The notes beneath the pieces are model-generated. The model was not told the DNA's origin and searched no databases. It saw only the letters and a program-made list of their open reading frames with translations. From positions 20,707-84,706 of the forward strand of contig JAZDKK010000026.1 of NCBI GenBank assembly GCA_043803015.1: a stretch of DNA of 64,000 nucleotides, given 5' to 3'. This document shows positions 48,505 through 57,290 of this stretch, piece after piece. The position numbers and the translations under genes were made by a program. This DNA is from Verrucomicrobiota bacterium (GTDB taxonomy: Bacteria; Verrucomicrobiota; Kiritimatiellia; CAIQIC01; JAGNIJ01). Each line of letters opens with the position of its first letter. Within the stretch, counting starts at the first letter, position 1.

Positions 48505-50070
48505 TCAAGGCTGCCGGCGCGCGCCCTTTTTCCCCGCCGACTTCATGAACAGGTAGCTGTTCAGGGCGTTCAGGTACGCCTTGGCGCTGGCCTCGACGAT
48601 GTCGGTGCTGGCGGCCTTGGCCGCCACGCGGTCACGGCCGAACGCCACCTGCACACTGACCTCTCCTACCGCATCCTCGCCGCGCGTTACGGCTTGGATC
48701 GAATAGTCGAGGAGATCTCCCGGCGTGCCGGTGATGCGGTCGATGGTCTTGAGGGTCGCGTCCACGGGGCCGTCGCCGCACGCGGAATCTTGCTTCACCT
48801 GGTCGCCTTTCTTCAGCCGGACCGTCGCCGTGGGCACCGTGCTTGTGCCGGTCGCAACGTGCAGGTAGTCCAGCGCGTAGACCTGCGGGACCTCGGCGAT
48901 CCCCTCGCGCATGATCGCGATCAGGTCGTCGTCGTAGATCACCTTCTTCTTGTCGGCCAGGACCTTGAACCGGTTGTAGACGTCTTCCTTCTGCTCTTCC
49001 GTCAGTTCAAAGCCCATCTTGGCCAGATGGGTGACCAACGCGTGGCGCCCGGAATGCTTGCCTAGGACCAGCTCCGACCCGGAGATGCCGACGTCCTCCG
49101 GCCGCATGATCTCGTACGTGCGGCGCTCCTTCAGGATGCCGTCCTGGTGGATGCCGGCCTCGTGCGCGAAGGCGTTCGCGCCCACGATGGCCTTGTTCCG
49201 CTGGACCACCATGCCGGTCAGCTGGCTGACCAGCCGGCTCGCGCGGTACAGTTCCTTCGTGTTCACGTTCGTCCAGACGTGGTTGAACGCGTCGCCCCGC
49301 ACTTTCATGCCCATGACCACCTCTTCCAGCGAGCAGTTGCCCGCGCGCTCGCCCAGGCCGTTGATCGTGCACTCCACTCCGCGCGCGCCGTTGCGGACCG
49401 CCGCCAGCGAATTGGCCACGGCCAGCCCCAGGTCGTTGTGGCAGTGGACGTGAATGATCGCGTGCTTGATGTTCGGCACGTGCTCAACCAGGTAGGCGAT
49501 CAGCCGGCCGAACTCGATCGGCACGGCGTAGCCCACCGTGTCGGGGATGTTCACGGTCGCGGCGCCGGCATCAATCACGGCCTCGACCACCTCGGCCAGG
49601 AAATCCGGCTCCGTGCGCGAGGCGTCCTCCGGGCTGAACTGCACGTCCCGGCAGAATTTCCTCGCGTACTTCACGGCCCAGACGGCCTGCTTGACGATCT
49701 CGTGCTTGGCCTTCTTCAGCTTGAACTGCCGGTGGATGGCGGACGTGGCCAGGAAGACGTGGATCCGGCTCCGCTTCCCGGCGGGGGCGACGGCCTCCCC
49801 GGCGCGTTCGATGTCCTTGGCGATGCACCGCGCCAGCCCCGCGATCCGCGGCCCCTTGACCTGCGTCGCGACGGCCTTCACGGCCTCGAAATCGCCGGGC
49901 GAGGCAATGGGGAAACCGGCCTCGATGATGTCCACGTTCAGCCGCGCGAGCTGTCGGGCGACCTCCATTTTCTCGTTCAGGCCCATGCTGGCGCCCGGAC
50001 ACTGCTCGCCGTCGCGCAGTGTCGTGTCGAAGATGATGACCCTGTTCTGCTCGCTTCTCTTTGCGCTCAT
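48505..50070 (-). CDS. leuA: 2-isopropylmalate synthase
   Basis: [66 protein letters not shown] regulatory domain. Confidence 0.96.
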   Translation of the reverse strand: MSAKRSEQNRVIIFDTTLRDGEQCPGASMGLNEKMEVARQLARLNVDIIEAGFPIASPGDFEAVKAVATQVKGPRIAGLARCIAKDIERAGEAVAPAGKRSRIHVFLATSAIHRQFKLKKAKHEIVKQAVWAVKYARKFCRDVQFSPEDASRTEPDFLAEVVEAVIDAGAATVNIPDTVGYAVPIEFGRLIAYLVEHVPNIKHAIIHVHCHNDLGLAVANSLAAVRNGARGVECTINGLGERAGNCSLEEVVMGMKVRGDAFNHVWTNVNTKELYRASRLVSQLTGMVVQRNKAIVGANAFAHEAGIHQDGILKERRTYEIMRPEDVGISGSELVLGKHSGRHALVTHLAKMGFELTEEQKEDVYNRFKVLADKKKVIYDDDLIAIMREGIAEVPQVYALDYLHVATGTSTVPTATVRLKKGDQVKQDSACGDGPVDATLKTIDRITGTPGDLLDYSIQAVTRGEDAVGEVSVQVAFGRDRVAAKAASTDIVEASAKAYLNALNSYLFMKSAGKKGARRQP

Positions 50071-50085
50071 GATTTTACCTTCTGT

Positions 50086-50165
50086 GTAGCGGCGGTCTCC
50101 GACCGCCGATCGGCGACCGGCCTGCCCGCCGAAGCCGCCGGGCGAAGGCGGGAGGTCGCCGCTAC
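50086..50165. repeat. GTAG REP doublet with a 32-bp mini-element in the second loop
   Basis: GTAGCGGCGGTCTCCGACCGCCG ... GGCGACCGG [50121-50152] AGGTCGCCGCTAC. Confidence 0.78.
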
Positions 50166-50206
50166 ATCCCTTTTGATATATCCTCTCATTGCCTGTTCAA
50201 ACCAAC

Positions 50207-50234
50207 AAAAAACCCACCGCGGGTTGCGGTGGGT
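50207..50234 (-). terminator. Attenuator terminator (3:4 hairpin) upstream of leuA
   Basis: Minus strand ACCCACCGC-AACCC-GCGGTGGGT-TTTTT. Confidence 0.85.
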
Positions 50235-50259
50235 CCGTACGAAAGCCCCTCGGGCCAAA

Positions 50260-50379
50260 TCAGATGCAACACCTCGCGCCCACCGCCGCGCGGGTGTTGC
50301 CGCTAAGCAAGAGCTCCAGCGTCCACAGGCTCTGATGCTCTGTGCCAACTCCCCGGGCGATGGTCGTCGCAGGTTTCAC
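50260..50379 (-). CDS. Putative leu leader peptide, 39 aa (MKPATTIARGVGTEHQSLWTLELLLSGNTRAAVGARCCI)
   Basis: GTG at 50379, TGA at 50262-50260; five Leu codons within eight codons, immediately 5' of the 1:2 hairpin. Confidence 0.72.
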   Translation of the reverse strand: MKPATTIARGVGTEHQSLWTLELLLSGNTRAAVGARCCI

Positions 50380-50389
50380 GCTGGTAAAG

Positions 50390-50418
50390 AGTATAGGGCA
50401 GCTGCCGCGCGACGTCAA
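50390..50418 (-). promoter_or_regulatory. sigma70 promoter of the leu leader
   Basis: TTGACG-N17-TATACT on the minus strand. Confidence 0.82.
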
Positions 50419-50526
50419 TAGCCCGCCGCCGGGTGCCCCAGCTGCGCCGACGACATGAACACACCTCGCAAGGTGTGTTCATATGGCCGTAGGGGGCTCG
50501 CGCGTACGTGTCTGCACGAAGTCGCT

Positions 50527-51285
50527 TCACCCGTAGCCCGTGCCGGACGACGGCTCGGGCACGAGCCCGCCGAAGCCGCCCGCGCTGTTCCGCCTCAGGC
50601 CCGCCAGAACGAGCGCGCGGTAGAACATCGTGCGGAACCACCACGGACGGCGCACCGTCAACTCCTGCGGCGGCCCGGACGACGCCGTGTCCTTCATCAG
50701 CACGCGGATACCGGCGTCCTGCCACCGGCGGAGGACGTGCGACAGGTCGTCGCCCGGCGAGGAAACAAGGTACTGCACCAGCATCGCCGTGCGCACGCCC
50801 TGCGACAGCAGGAAATTCGCCGAGGGGAAATCCTGCGGCAGGACGACCCAGCGGTTGTCGAAGTGCCGCGGCAAGGGCTTGGCGCCCCCGGCGAGGCGGT
50901 CCGCGTCCAGGAGGAACGCCGGCGGGGCGTCCGCCTCCAGGCGCATCCCGCGAAGCTCGATGGAAAGGCCGATGAGGGCATTCATGATCCCTTCCACATG
51001 CACGAGTTCATCCATGCCCGGGCAGGTGTTGTACAGGGGAACCGGGGCGTAGCCGCGCGCCGCGAGCGCCACGCCGTACCGGACGGAGTCGGCGCCCGGC
51101 AGGTTGACGACGAGGGCAGTCTTCTCCTGCGGCGGAGGCGCCCAGCTCGTGTCGAGGCCCCGCCAGTCGGGCATGGCGCCCGCCTCCCACACGGGCCTCA
51201 GCTTGGCGAACAGGACCGGCTTGGCCCATCGGGACCAGGTCGGGCTGACCGAACTCCACATCGCATACAGCTCTTCACCGATCAT
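50527..51285 (-). CDS. Uncharacterised protein with a C-terminal GLRRNSAGGFGG motif
   Basis: AAGGAG RBS; 21 bp from the ligase stop; conserved-looking motifs W..WAKPVLF, NLPG, PVPLYN, PPAFLLD, FDNR, DFPSA. Confidence 0.8.
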   Translation of the reverse strand: MIGEELYAMWSSVSPTWSRWAKPVLFAKLRPVWEAGAMPDWRGLDTSWAPPPQEKTALVVNLPGADSVRYGVALAARGYAPVPLYNTCPGMDELVHVEGIMNALIGLSIELRGMRLEADAPPAFLLDADRLAGGAKPLPRHFDNRWVVLPQDFPSANFLLSQGVRTAMLVQYLVSSPGDDLSHVLRRWQDAGIRVLMKDTASSGPPQELTVRRPWWFRTMFYRALVLAGLRRNSAGGFGGLVPEPSSGTGYG

Positions 51286-51306
51286 CGGACTGCTCTCCTT
51301 TCCCGA

Positions 51307-52536
51307 TCACGGCGACTTCCGGCGCACCAGCACGGCGGCATCCCGGGCCTGGCCGTCGATCAGCGGGCGCTGCGCGAACCGCCCGTAGGCGCCGGCCGCC
51401 TTCCCGTCCACGGTGTACACGCCGACGCACGCGTAGCAGGCGCCGTCCGCCGTCGGCAGCGGGACCGCCTCGAAACGCCGCTGGGCAACCCAGTGCCGCG
51501 GGCGGAGGCGGACGCTGCGCACGATGCGGCGCCATTCCTTCTGCTCGGTCACGCCCTTCATGCCGATGTCCTCCCCCACCCGCCCGAAAGCCGGCTTGAG
51601 AACCCATTCGCCGTCGGTGTCCCATCGGACCTCCCGCGGGTCCAGGGTTTCCGGCAGAAGGCGGCGCCACGTGTTCACCGGCGTGCGCAGGCTGTCCCAG
51701 ACGAGAGGAAAACGCTTGGACTGGGTCAGTAGGGCGGCGCCGGGATTGCAGAGGCAGACCTGCGTGCGCGCGAAGAAGTGCGACCACCCCGCCGCGCGAG
51801 GCAGGTTCGGCAGCCACTCGCCCGGGAAGAACCGTACCAAGGCGCTCACCGGGTCCGGGCTGAATGGCGCAGTCACCCGCGCCGTGCCGTCGTCCCACCG
51901 GAGGTGGTCTGGGGCCAGCAAGCAGGTCCGGCGTCCGCGCGCCTCCAAGTGCCCGGCGAGGTACTCCATGACCTGGCGGTCATCCGTATACGCCGTGGCG
52001 TGCACCAGGCCCACGAGCCCGCCGTCAGGCGTCCCCCCGGCCAGGGCATCGGCCAGTGCCCCCGCAGGGTCGCCGCAAGGAGCACAGCCCGGGTAGTGCT
52101 CGGCCACCATGCGCGTGAACCCAGACGCCTCGATGTACCCGCCGGGCACGTCCGTGTTGGCCTCGGAGATGCACCATCCCGCCGGGGTGAGGTGGAAATC
52201 GAACCGGATGACCCGCGCGAGGGCGGGCGGCGCGTGGCCGTTGCCCGCGCCGTCCAGCGCCCGGCGGATGGCCCATGGAATCCCCAGCCGGCGCTGCAGG
52301 TCCGGTCTTCCAATGAGCTCCCGTTCCGCGGCGGCGGCTTCGTCTGCCAGCTGCGACGCCAGCGAGCTGAGGGTGAGCCACGTGGGCTCGTCCAGGACGA
52401 TCGGCGCATCGTGCAGGATCGAGACGTCGCCGACCTGCGGGTCCCACTTGCAGCAATCGAAGATCGTCCGCCGCCGGATGGCGGCGAAGGTGTCGGGCGC
52501 CAGCGGAGGCGCCATATTCCACGGCGTTTCGCTCAC
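51307..52536 (-). CDS. Glutathionylspermidine synthase-like ATP-grasp ligase
   Basis: RFDFH, ISEANTDVPGG (R-x-D and E-x-N metal ligands of GspS), QSKR, WVLKPAFGRVGEDI, WVAQRRF, VGVYTV. The GTG start overlaps the upstream TGA. Confidence 0.85.
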   Translation of the reverse strand: MSETPWNMAPPLAPDTFAAIRRRTIFDCCKWDPQVGDVSILHDAPIVLDEPTWLTLSSLASQLADEAAAAERELIGRPDLQRRLGIPWAIRRALDGAGNGHAPPALARVIRFDFHLTPAGWCISEANTDVPGGYIEASGFTRMVAEHYPGCAPCGDPAGALADALAGGTPDGGLVGLVHATAYTDDRQVMEYLAGHLEARGRRTCLLAPDHLRWDDGTARVTAPFSPDPVSALVRFFPGEWLPNLPRAAGWSHFFARTQVCLCNPGAALLTQSKRFPLVWDSLRTPVNTWRRLLPETLDPREVRWDTDGEWVLKPAFGRVGEDIGMKGVTEQKEWRRIVRSVRLRPRHWVAQRRFEAVPLPTADGACYACVGVYTVDGKAAGAYGRFAQRPLIDGQARDAAVLVRRKSP

Positions 52537-53330
52537 CAGGCCCCCAGGGAGTGGACATAGACGGCCGCGGCGACGAAATACGCCACCGCCAAAGGCGTCC
52601 CGTACACGTGCGCGGCGCGCGTGGGCGCCTCGGGCGTCGGCTTCAGCACCCGCTCCACGCCGACGGCGACCGCCGCCAGCACGAGCAGCGGCCGGGCCAC
52701 GCGGAGGAAGTCCGACACGGTGACGTCCACGGAGACCCAGTCGCCCGCCACCGCACGGCCGAGCACGAGCCCGGCGGCGATGAGGTACCCGGCCAGGCGG
52801 ATTCCGGCGGCCTCGTCGCGGTCCACGGTGACCGCCTCCGACACGTGCGAGAACAGTTCCAGCAGCCACCACAGCGCGAACAGCCCGGCCGACGCGAGCG
52901 CCGCGCAGAAGACGACCACCCACCAACCGGGGCCGTTGCCGATGTTCCCCCCGGCGAAGGAGAGGGTCAGGCCCGCGAGCGCGCCGCCGAGGGCGTGGCT
53001 CGCGGCCAGGTTGCCCCGTTCCGCCACGTCGTCGCGGCCGCTGATCCCGAACACCGGGAACAGCAGGGCGCTCAGTCCGACCCAGGCCATGCCCATGACG
53101 AGGTAGAAAAGGATGTACACCGGGCTCGTGCGCACATCGGAGGACGCGTAGTTCATGAGCACCAGCAGGAGGAGCCCGACGCAGATCAGCGGCGTGTAGT
53201 AGAGGGAAAAACGTTGCGGGTGGCCGGAGGCAAGCCGCGTGACGGTGGCCGCCCGCCAGTACCACGATATCCACAACATCAAGGCCAGGACACCGCTGAC
53301 CACGAGGGCCATCACCTCGTCTTCCGACAT
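52533..53330 (-). CDS. DUF350-like polytopic membrane protein (duplicated)
   Basis: About 8 TM segments; two DUF350-type motifs DDVAERGNLAASHALGG and EAVTVDRDEAAGIRLAG; strong RBS. Confidence 0.7.
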   Translation of the reverse strand: MSEDEVMALVVSGVLALMLWISWYWRAATVTRLASGHPQRFSLYYTPLICVGLLLLVLMNYASSDVRTSPVYILFYLVMGMAWVGLSALLFPVFGISGRDDVAERGNLAASHALGGALAGLTLSFAGGNIGNGPGWWVVVFCAALASAGLFALWWLLELFSHVSEAVTVDRDEAAGIRLAGYLIAAGLVLGRAVAGDWVSVDVTVSDFLRVARPLLVLAAVAVGVERVLKPTPEAPTRAAHVYGTPLAVAYFVAAAVYVHSLGAW

Positions 53331-53461
53331 GGTTTTCCTCCCCCCCTTTTCAGGGCTCGGTCGTGCGCTGTTCGGCAGGATAGCGTCCGCCCGCCGCCGC
53401 TTCAAAGACAAACGGCGCGCGCAGATTGCCCGCCGCCCCAATTGCCGCTAGACTTCCGGCG

Positions 53462-55357
53462 ATGAACCCCAGGCGACCCTCGAAAGCCTTCGTGCTGGCG
53501 GCCGGACTCGGCACGCGCATGCTGCCGCTGAGCCGCGACCTGCCGAAGCCGCTTATGCCGCTCTGGGGCAAACCCGTCCTCCAGCACACGCTCGAGCTCC
53601 TTCGCCGCTGGGGCGTGAAGGACGTGGTCATCAATCTGCATCACCTGCCGGGCGAGATCCTGGAATTCGTCCGGCACAACCCGGTGCCCGGACTGCGGAT
53701 CAGCCTCTCGCACGAGCCGGACATCCTCGGCACCGGCGGCGCGCTCCGCCGGGCGGCCTGGTTCCTCGGCGACGCCCCCTTCTGGCTGATCAACGCCGAC
53801 ATCGCCCTCGACCTGAAGCCGGATGCCCTCGTGAAGAAGTTTGCCGGCGGCAGGTACCTAGCCGCCGTCTGGCTCGATGAAATGCGGGGCCCGCGCACGG
53901 TGGAGATGAAGCGCGGCTGCGTGACCTCGTTCGAGAGCCGGCGCCCGGGCCGCGCCGGAACATACACCTTCTGCGGACTTCACCTGCTTTCCCCCAGAAT
54001 CCTCGATTTCCTTCCGGCCGAAGGCTTCGCAGGGATCATCCCGGCCTACGAACTCGCGATGAAACGGGGCGAGCGCATCGCCGGCGTGTGCGTGCCCGGC
54101 TCGTTCTGGGCCGACCTGGGAACGCCCGAGCAGTACCTCGAGGCGCATCGCAGAAAAGGGGAGCGCGCATGGATCGGATCGAACGTGACGATCGAACGCG
54201 GGGCCCGGGTGGTCGATTCGGTGATCTGGGATGGCGCGCACCTTGCGGCGCGCGCCCGGGTGCGGCACGCCATTGTCGGCCGGGACACACGGGTTGAAGG
54301 TTTGGAGGACTACATCGCCATGCGCGCAGACCGCGCCTTGGACGCGCAGGAAGCCGCAGCGCTGGAGACGTGCGGCTGGCCGATGGAGCATCTGACCGCC
54401 TGTCCGCTCGGCGCCCGCGGGTCCGCGCGCACGTTCACGCGGATCAGGCGGGGACTCCGAAGCATCATCCTGATGCGCTACAGCCTCGAACGCGCGGAAA
54501 ACGGGCTGTACTGCGCGCACGCGCGTTTCCTTGACCGGCTGGGCCTGCGCGTTCCGAAGGTGTTGCTGGACCGACCGGTGGACCGGCTCGCCCTCCTGGA
54601 AGACCTCGGCGCGACGTCGCTCGAGGACGAGGTCCGCCGGCGGCCGGTTCAGCAGGTCCGACAGCTCTACCGCCGCGTGCTGGACCAGGTGCTGCTCCTC
54701 CACGGCGCCGGCGCCCGGGCCGCGCGCCGCTCGCCTCGGCGTAGCCCCGGGCGAAGCCTGGGCAGCAAGCTTCCCCTCATGCCGCCGTTCAGCGCCGATC
54801 TCTACCGGTGGGAGCGCGACTTCTTCGCGCGTCAATTCCTGGAGCTTCATCTTCATCGGCCGGCCGGCGAAATCCGCGGTATCCGGCGCGACCTGGCGTG
54901 TGTTGCGGCGCGTCTTCTCCGGGCGCGACCCGTCCTGATTCACCGCGACCTGCAGTCCAGCAACATCCTGCTGCCGGGCGGCCGGCCCGCCTTCGTGGAC
55001 TTCCAGGGGATGCGCATGGGCGCGGCCGCGTACGACCTGGCTTCGCTGCTCTGCGACCCGTACGCCGGCCTCGCCCCGCACCTGCAGGAGGAGCTCCTGG
55101 AGTACTACGCCGCGCGCGCGGATGACGGCGCCGCCGCACGCCGCCTCTTCTGGTGGGCGGCCATCGAACGGCTCGCGCAGGCCCTCGGCGCGTACGCGCG
55201 GCTGAGCCGGTTGCCCGGCATGCAGTCGTTCCGCCGTCACATGCCGACCGCCCTCGCGACCCTCCGGCGAGCCCTCGGCCGCGTGCCCGGACTGCCTTGT
55301 CTGCGCCGCTGGGCGGACGCTCTGGCCGCGCCGGGGAACGCCATTGACACCCCATGA
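53462..55357 (+). CDS. Fusion of a MurU-like nucleotidyltransferase and an AmgK-like anomeric sugar kinase
   Basis: N-terminal AFVLAAGLGTRMLPLS..LPKPL, VINLHH, EPDILGTGG, INAD, W.DLGTPE.Y. C-terminal GS.R.F.RI, LLEDLG, IHRDLQSSNIL, VDFQG...G...YDLASLL.D. Confidence 0.85.
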   Translation: MNPRRPSKAFVLAAGLGTRMLPLSRDLPKPLMPLWGKPVLQHTLELLRRWGVKDVVINLHHLPGEILEFVRHNPVPGLRISLSHEPDILGTGGALRRAAWFLGDAPFWLINADIALDLKPDALVKKFAGGRYLAAVWLDEMRGPRTVEMKRGCVTSFESRRPGRAGTYTFCGLHLLSPRILDFLPAEGFAGIIPAYELAMKRGERIAGVCVPGSFWADLGTPEQYLEAHRRKGERAWIGSNVTIERGARVVDSVIWDGAHLAARARVRHAIVGRDTRVEGLEDYIAMRADRALDAQEAAALETCGWPMEHLTACPLGARGSARTFTRIRRGLRSIILMRYSLERAENGLYCAHARFLDRLGLRVPKVLLDRPVDRLALLEDLGATSLEDEVRRRPVQQVRQLYRRVLDQVLLLHGAGARAARRSPRRSPGRSLGSKLPLMPPFSADLYRWERDFFARQFLELHLHRPAGEIRGIRRDLACVAARLLRARPVLIHRDLQSSNILLPGGRPAFVDFQGMRMGAAAYDLASLLCDPYAGLAPHLQEELLEYYAARADDGAAARRLFWWAAIERLAQALGAYARLSRLPGMQSFRRHMPTALATLRRALGRVPGLPCLRRWADALAAPGNAIDTP

Positions 55358-56127
55358 AAAGCATGCGACCTTGGGCCAACATGACAATCAAAGGCTTTCG
55401 CGGAACGCCGCTCCTGCGTCTTGCCGCCCTCGCGCTCATCGCGACCCTGACGGGCTGCGTCAAAGTCGAACAAACCCTCACGCTGAACAACGACGGCTCT
55501 GGCGTCATCGATATCACCTACGGCATGTCGGAGGAGGCCGTCACCGGCATGGCGGAGACGGCCAAGAGCATGATGGAGGAAACGAACAGCAGCGACAGCG
55601 CCACGATGCCGTTCGACTTCAGCGACGAGGATATCCGGAAGGACTTCAAGGACTACGAAGCCAGCGGCGTCGTGCTGGAGTCGGTCAGCAGCGAGGTCCG
55701 CGAAGGCTGGAAGTACCGGCACCTGGTCATCCGGTTCCGGGACCTCGGGGGCCTGGCGCAGACCGGGTTTATCGCGGACCGGGATTTCTCCCTCTCGAAA
55801 GATGCCGCGGGCAACTACGTGCTGGTCCAGGCCACGGCCGGCAACGGGAACGTCTCGGATCAGCTTTCCGCGCTGGGCGGCGCCGAGATGGAAGAGGTGA
55901 TGAACACCGTGATGCAGGGTTTCAAGGCCGTCCTCCGGGTCAAGACCCCGGGGAAGATCCTCGAGACCAACGCCCCTGAGAAATCCGACCGGTCGGCGAC
56001 CTGGACGTTCGACCTGGAGAAGGACCCGGACGCGCTGGAGAAGGTCCAGCAGGCGTCGATGCGAATCGTTTTCGAAGGCAAAGGCCTGAAGATCCCCGAA
56101 TTCAAGAGCGCGAGCGCAAATCACTGA
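55354..56127 (+). CDS. Lipoprotein (LppM/DUF3153-like)
   Basis: Lipobox LTGC-VKVEQTLTLNNDGSG; V..PGKI.ETNA......TW; start at 55354 or 55381. Confidence 0.75.
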   Translation: MKSMRPWANMTIKGFRGTPLLRLAALALIATLTGCVKVEQTLTLNNDGSGVIDITYGMSEEAVTGMAETAKSMMEETNSSDSATMPFDFSDEDIRKDFKDYEASGVVLESVSSEVREGWKYRHLVIRFRDLGGLAQTGFIADRDFSLSKDAAGNYVLVQATAGNGNVSDQLSALGGAEMEEVMNTVMQGFKAVLRVKTPGKILETNAPEKSDRSATWTFDLEKDPDALEKVQQASMRIVFEGKGLKIPEFKSASANH

Positions 56128-56167
56128 ATGCCGGCCGTCGTCCGGCCTGCGGAGACTTGGTCGAGAC

Positions 56168-57235
56168 GTGGCTTTGTCCAGGACAGCGCAGAAGTACCAG
56201 CGGGAGCTGAAGTCGCTCGCCGACAGCCTGCCTTTCAAGAGGGTCGAGCTCCCAGAGTTCCGGCACGCCTCGTACCTGCCCAACCAGGTCCGCCAGAAGC
56301 GGACGTACTGTACTCCCGATCACAGCATGCAGGCGATCGGCCGCTTCCTCATTTAGCGCGGCACGGTGGAGCTGCTGTCGCCCGAGAACACCCTCAACCT
56401 GTTCCGCGAGATGCACTCGTGCGCCTTCCGGATCCGCCAGCTGTCGCGCAAGCGGCTCAAGTCCGCCCGGGAGTGGCACCGGGCCGTCGTCAACGGGCGC
56501 AGCCTGATTTCCGAGATCGAAGCCGCGGAGGAGGAGCTGTTCATCGCCAACCGCCGGCTCGTGGTGAGCTGCATCAAGCCCTACTTCTGGATCGGCCAGG
56601 TTTGGCTCGCCGACTTCCTCCAGGAAGGGTCCAAGGCCCTGTCCAACGCCATCCGCAAGTTCGATTTCACGCGCGGCACGCCCTTCTACGTCTACGCGCA
56701 GAAGGCCGTGCAGAACCGCCTCCGCAACTTCTTCCGGGACCACGTCCGCTCCGGCAGCATCGGGATACGCCCGTCCCGCGACATGGTCGCCATCAAGGAG
56801 ATCATCGACGCGTGGTCAAAGGAGCACGACAAGGAGCCGGACACGGCCATCCTGGCCAAGCTGACGGGCCTCCCGGAGGCGCGCATCGAGAAGATCCGGC
56901 CGTTCATCCAGCAGTGGGAGAACATCCCGGCCCCGCTGGTCTCGCTCGACGCCATGTTCGGCGAGAACGGCACCAATCTCTACGACCTGGTGGAGGACGT
57001 CGACGCGGAAGAGGCTTCGCGGGCTGCCCAGCGCTCCGAGATATGGTCGGCGATCGACCGCCTGCCGCCGCGCGCCAAGTTCATCATGCGCCTGCGCTTC
57101 ATCGAGGGCCGGACGCTGGAAGAAACCGGGAAGATCCTCGCCCTGACGCGCGCCCGCATCAAGCAGATCCAGGACGACTCGCTCCGCAAGCTGAGGCAGA
57201 TGCTCCAGCGCGGCGTCAAGAACCCGAGAATGTGA
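56168..57235 (+). pseudogene. Divergent sigma70-family RNA polymerase sigma factor interrupted by an in-frame TAG (56354-56356); may still be expressed from GTG 56366
   Basis: Region 2 ANRRLVVS...DFLQEG..AL..AI.KFD..RG..F..YA; region 4 TLEE.G..L.LTRARIKQI. ORFs 56168..56356 and 56366..57235 are in the same frame. Confidence 0.7.
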
Positions 57236-57281
57236 CCGGTGATCGGTTCCCCCGACGACCGCCGCTCCGGTCACCGGTCAC
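57232..57281. terminator. Heptamer-based hairpin between convergent genes
   Basis: GTGACCGGTGATCGG against CCGGTCACCGGTCAC (14/15); overlaps the sigma TGA. Confidence 0.7.
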
Positions 57282-57290
57282 GGGCCGTTA

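Noticed and set aside
56354-56356. Genome-wide amber reassignment or pyrrolysine
   Set aside because: TAG terminates many conserved genes here (rpsI, dapB, folK, panB) at the expected positions; no pyl genes are in the window.
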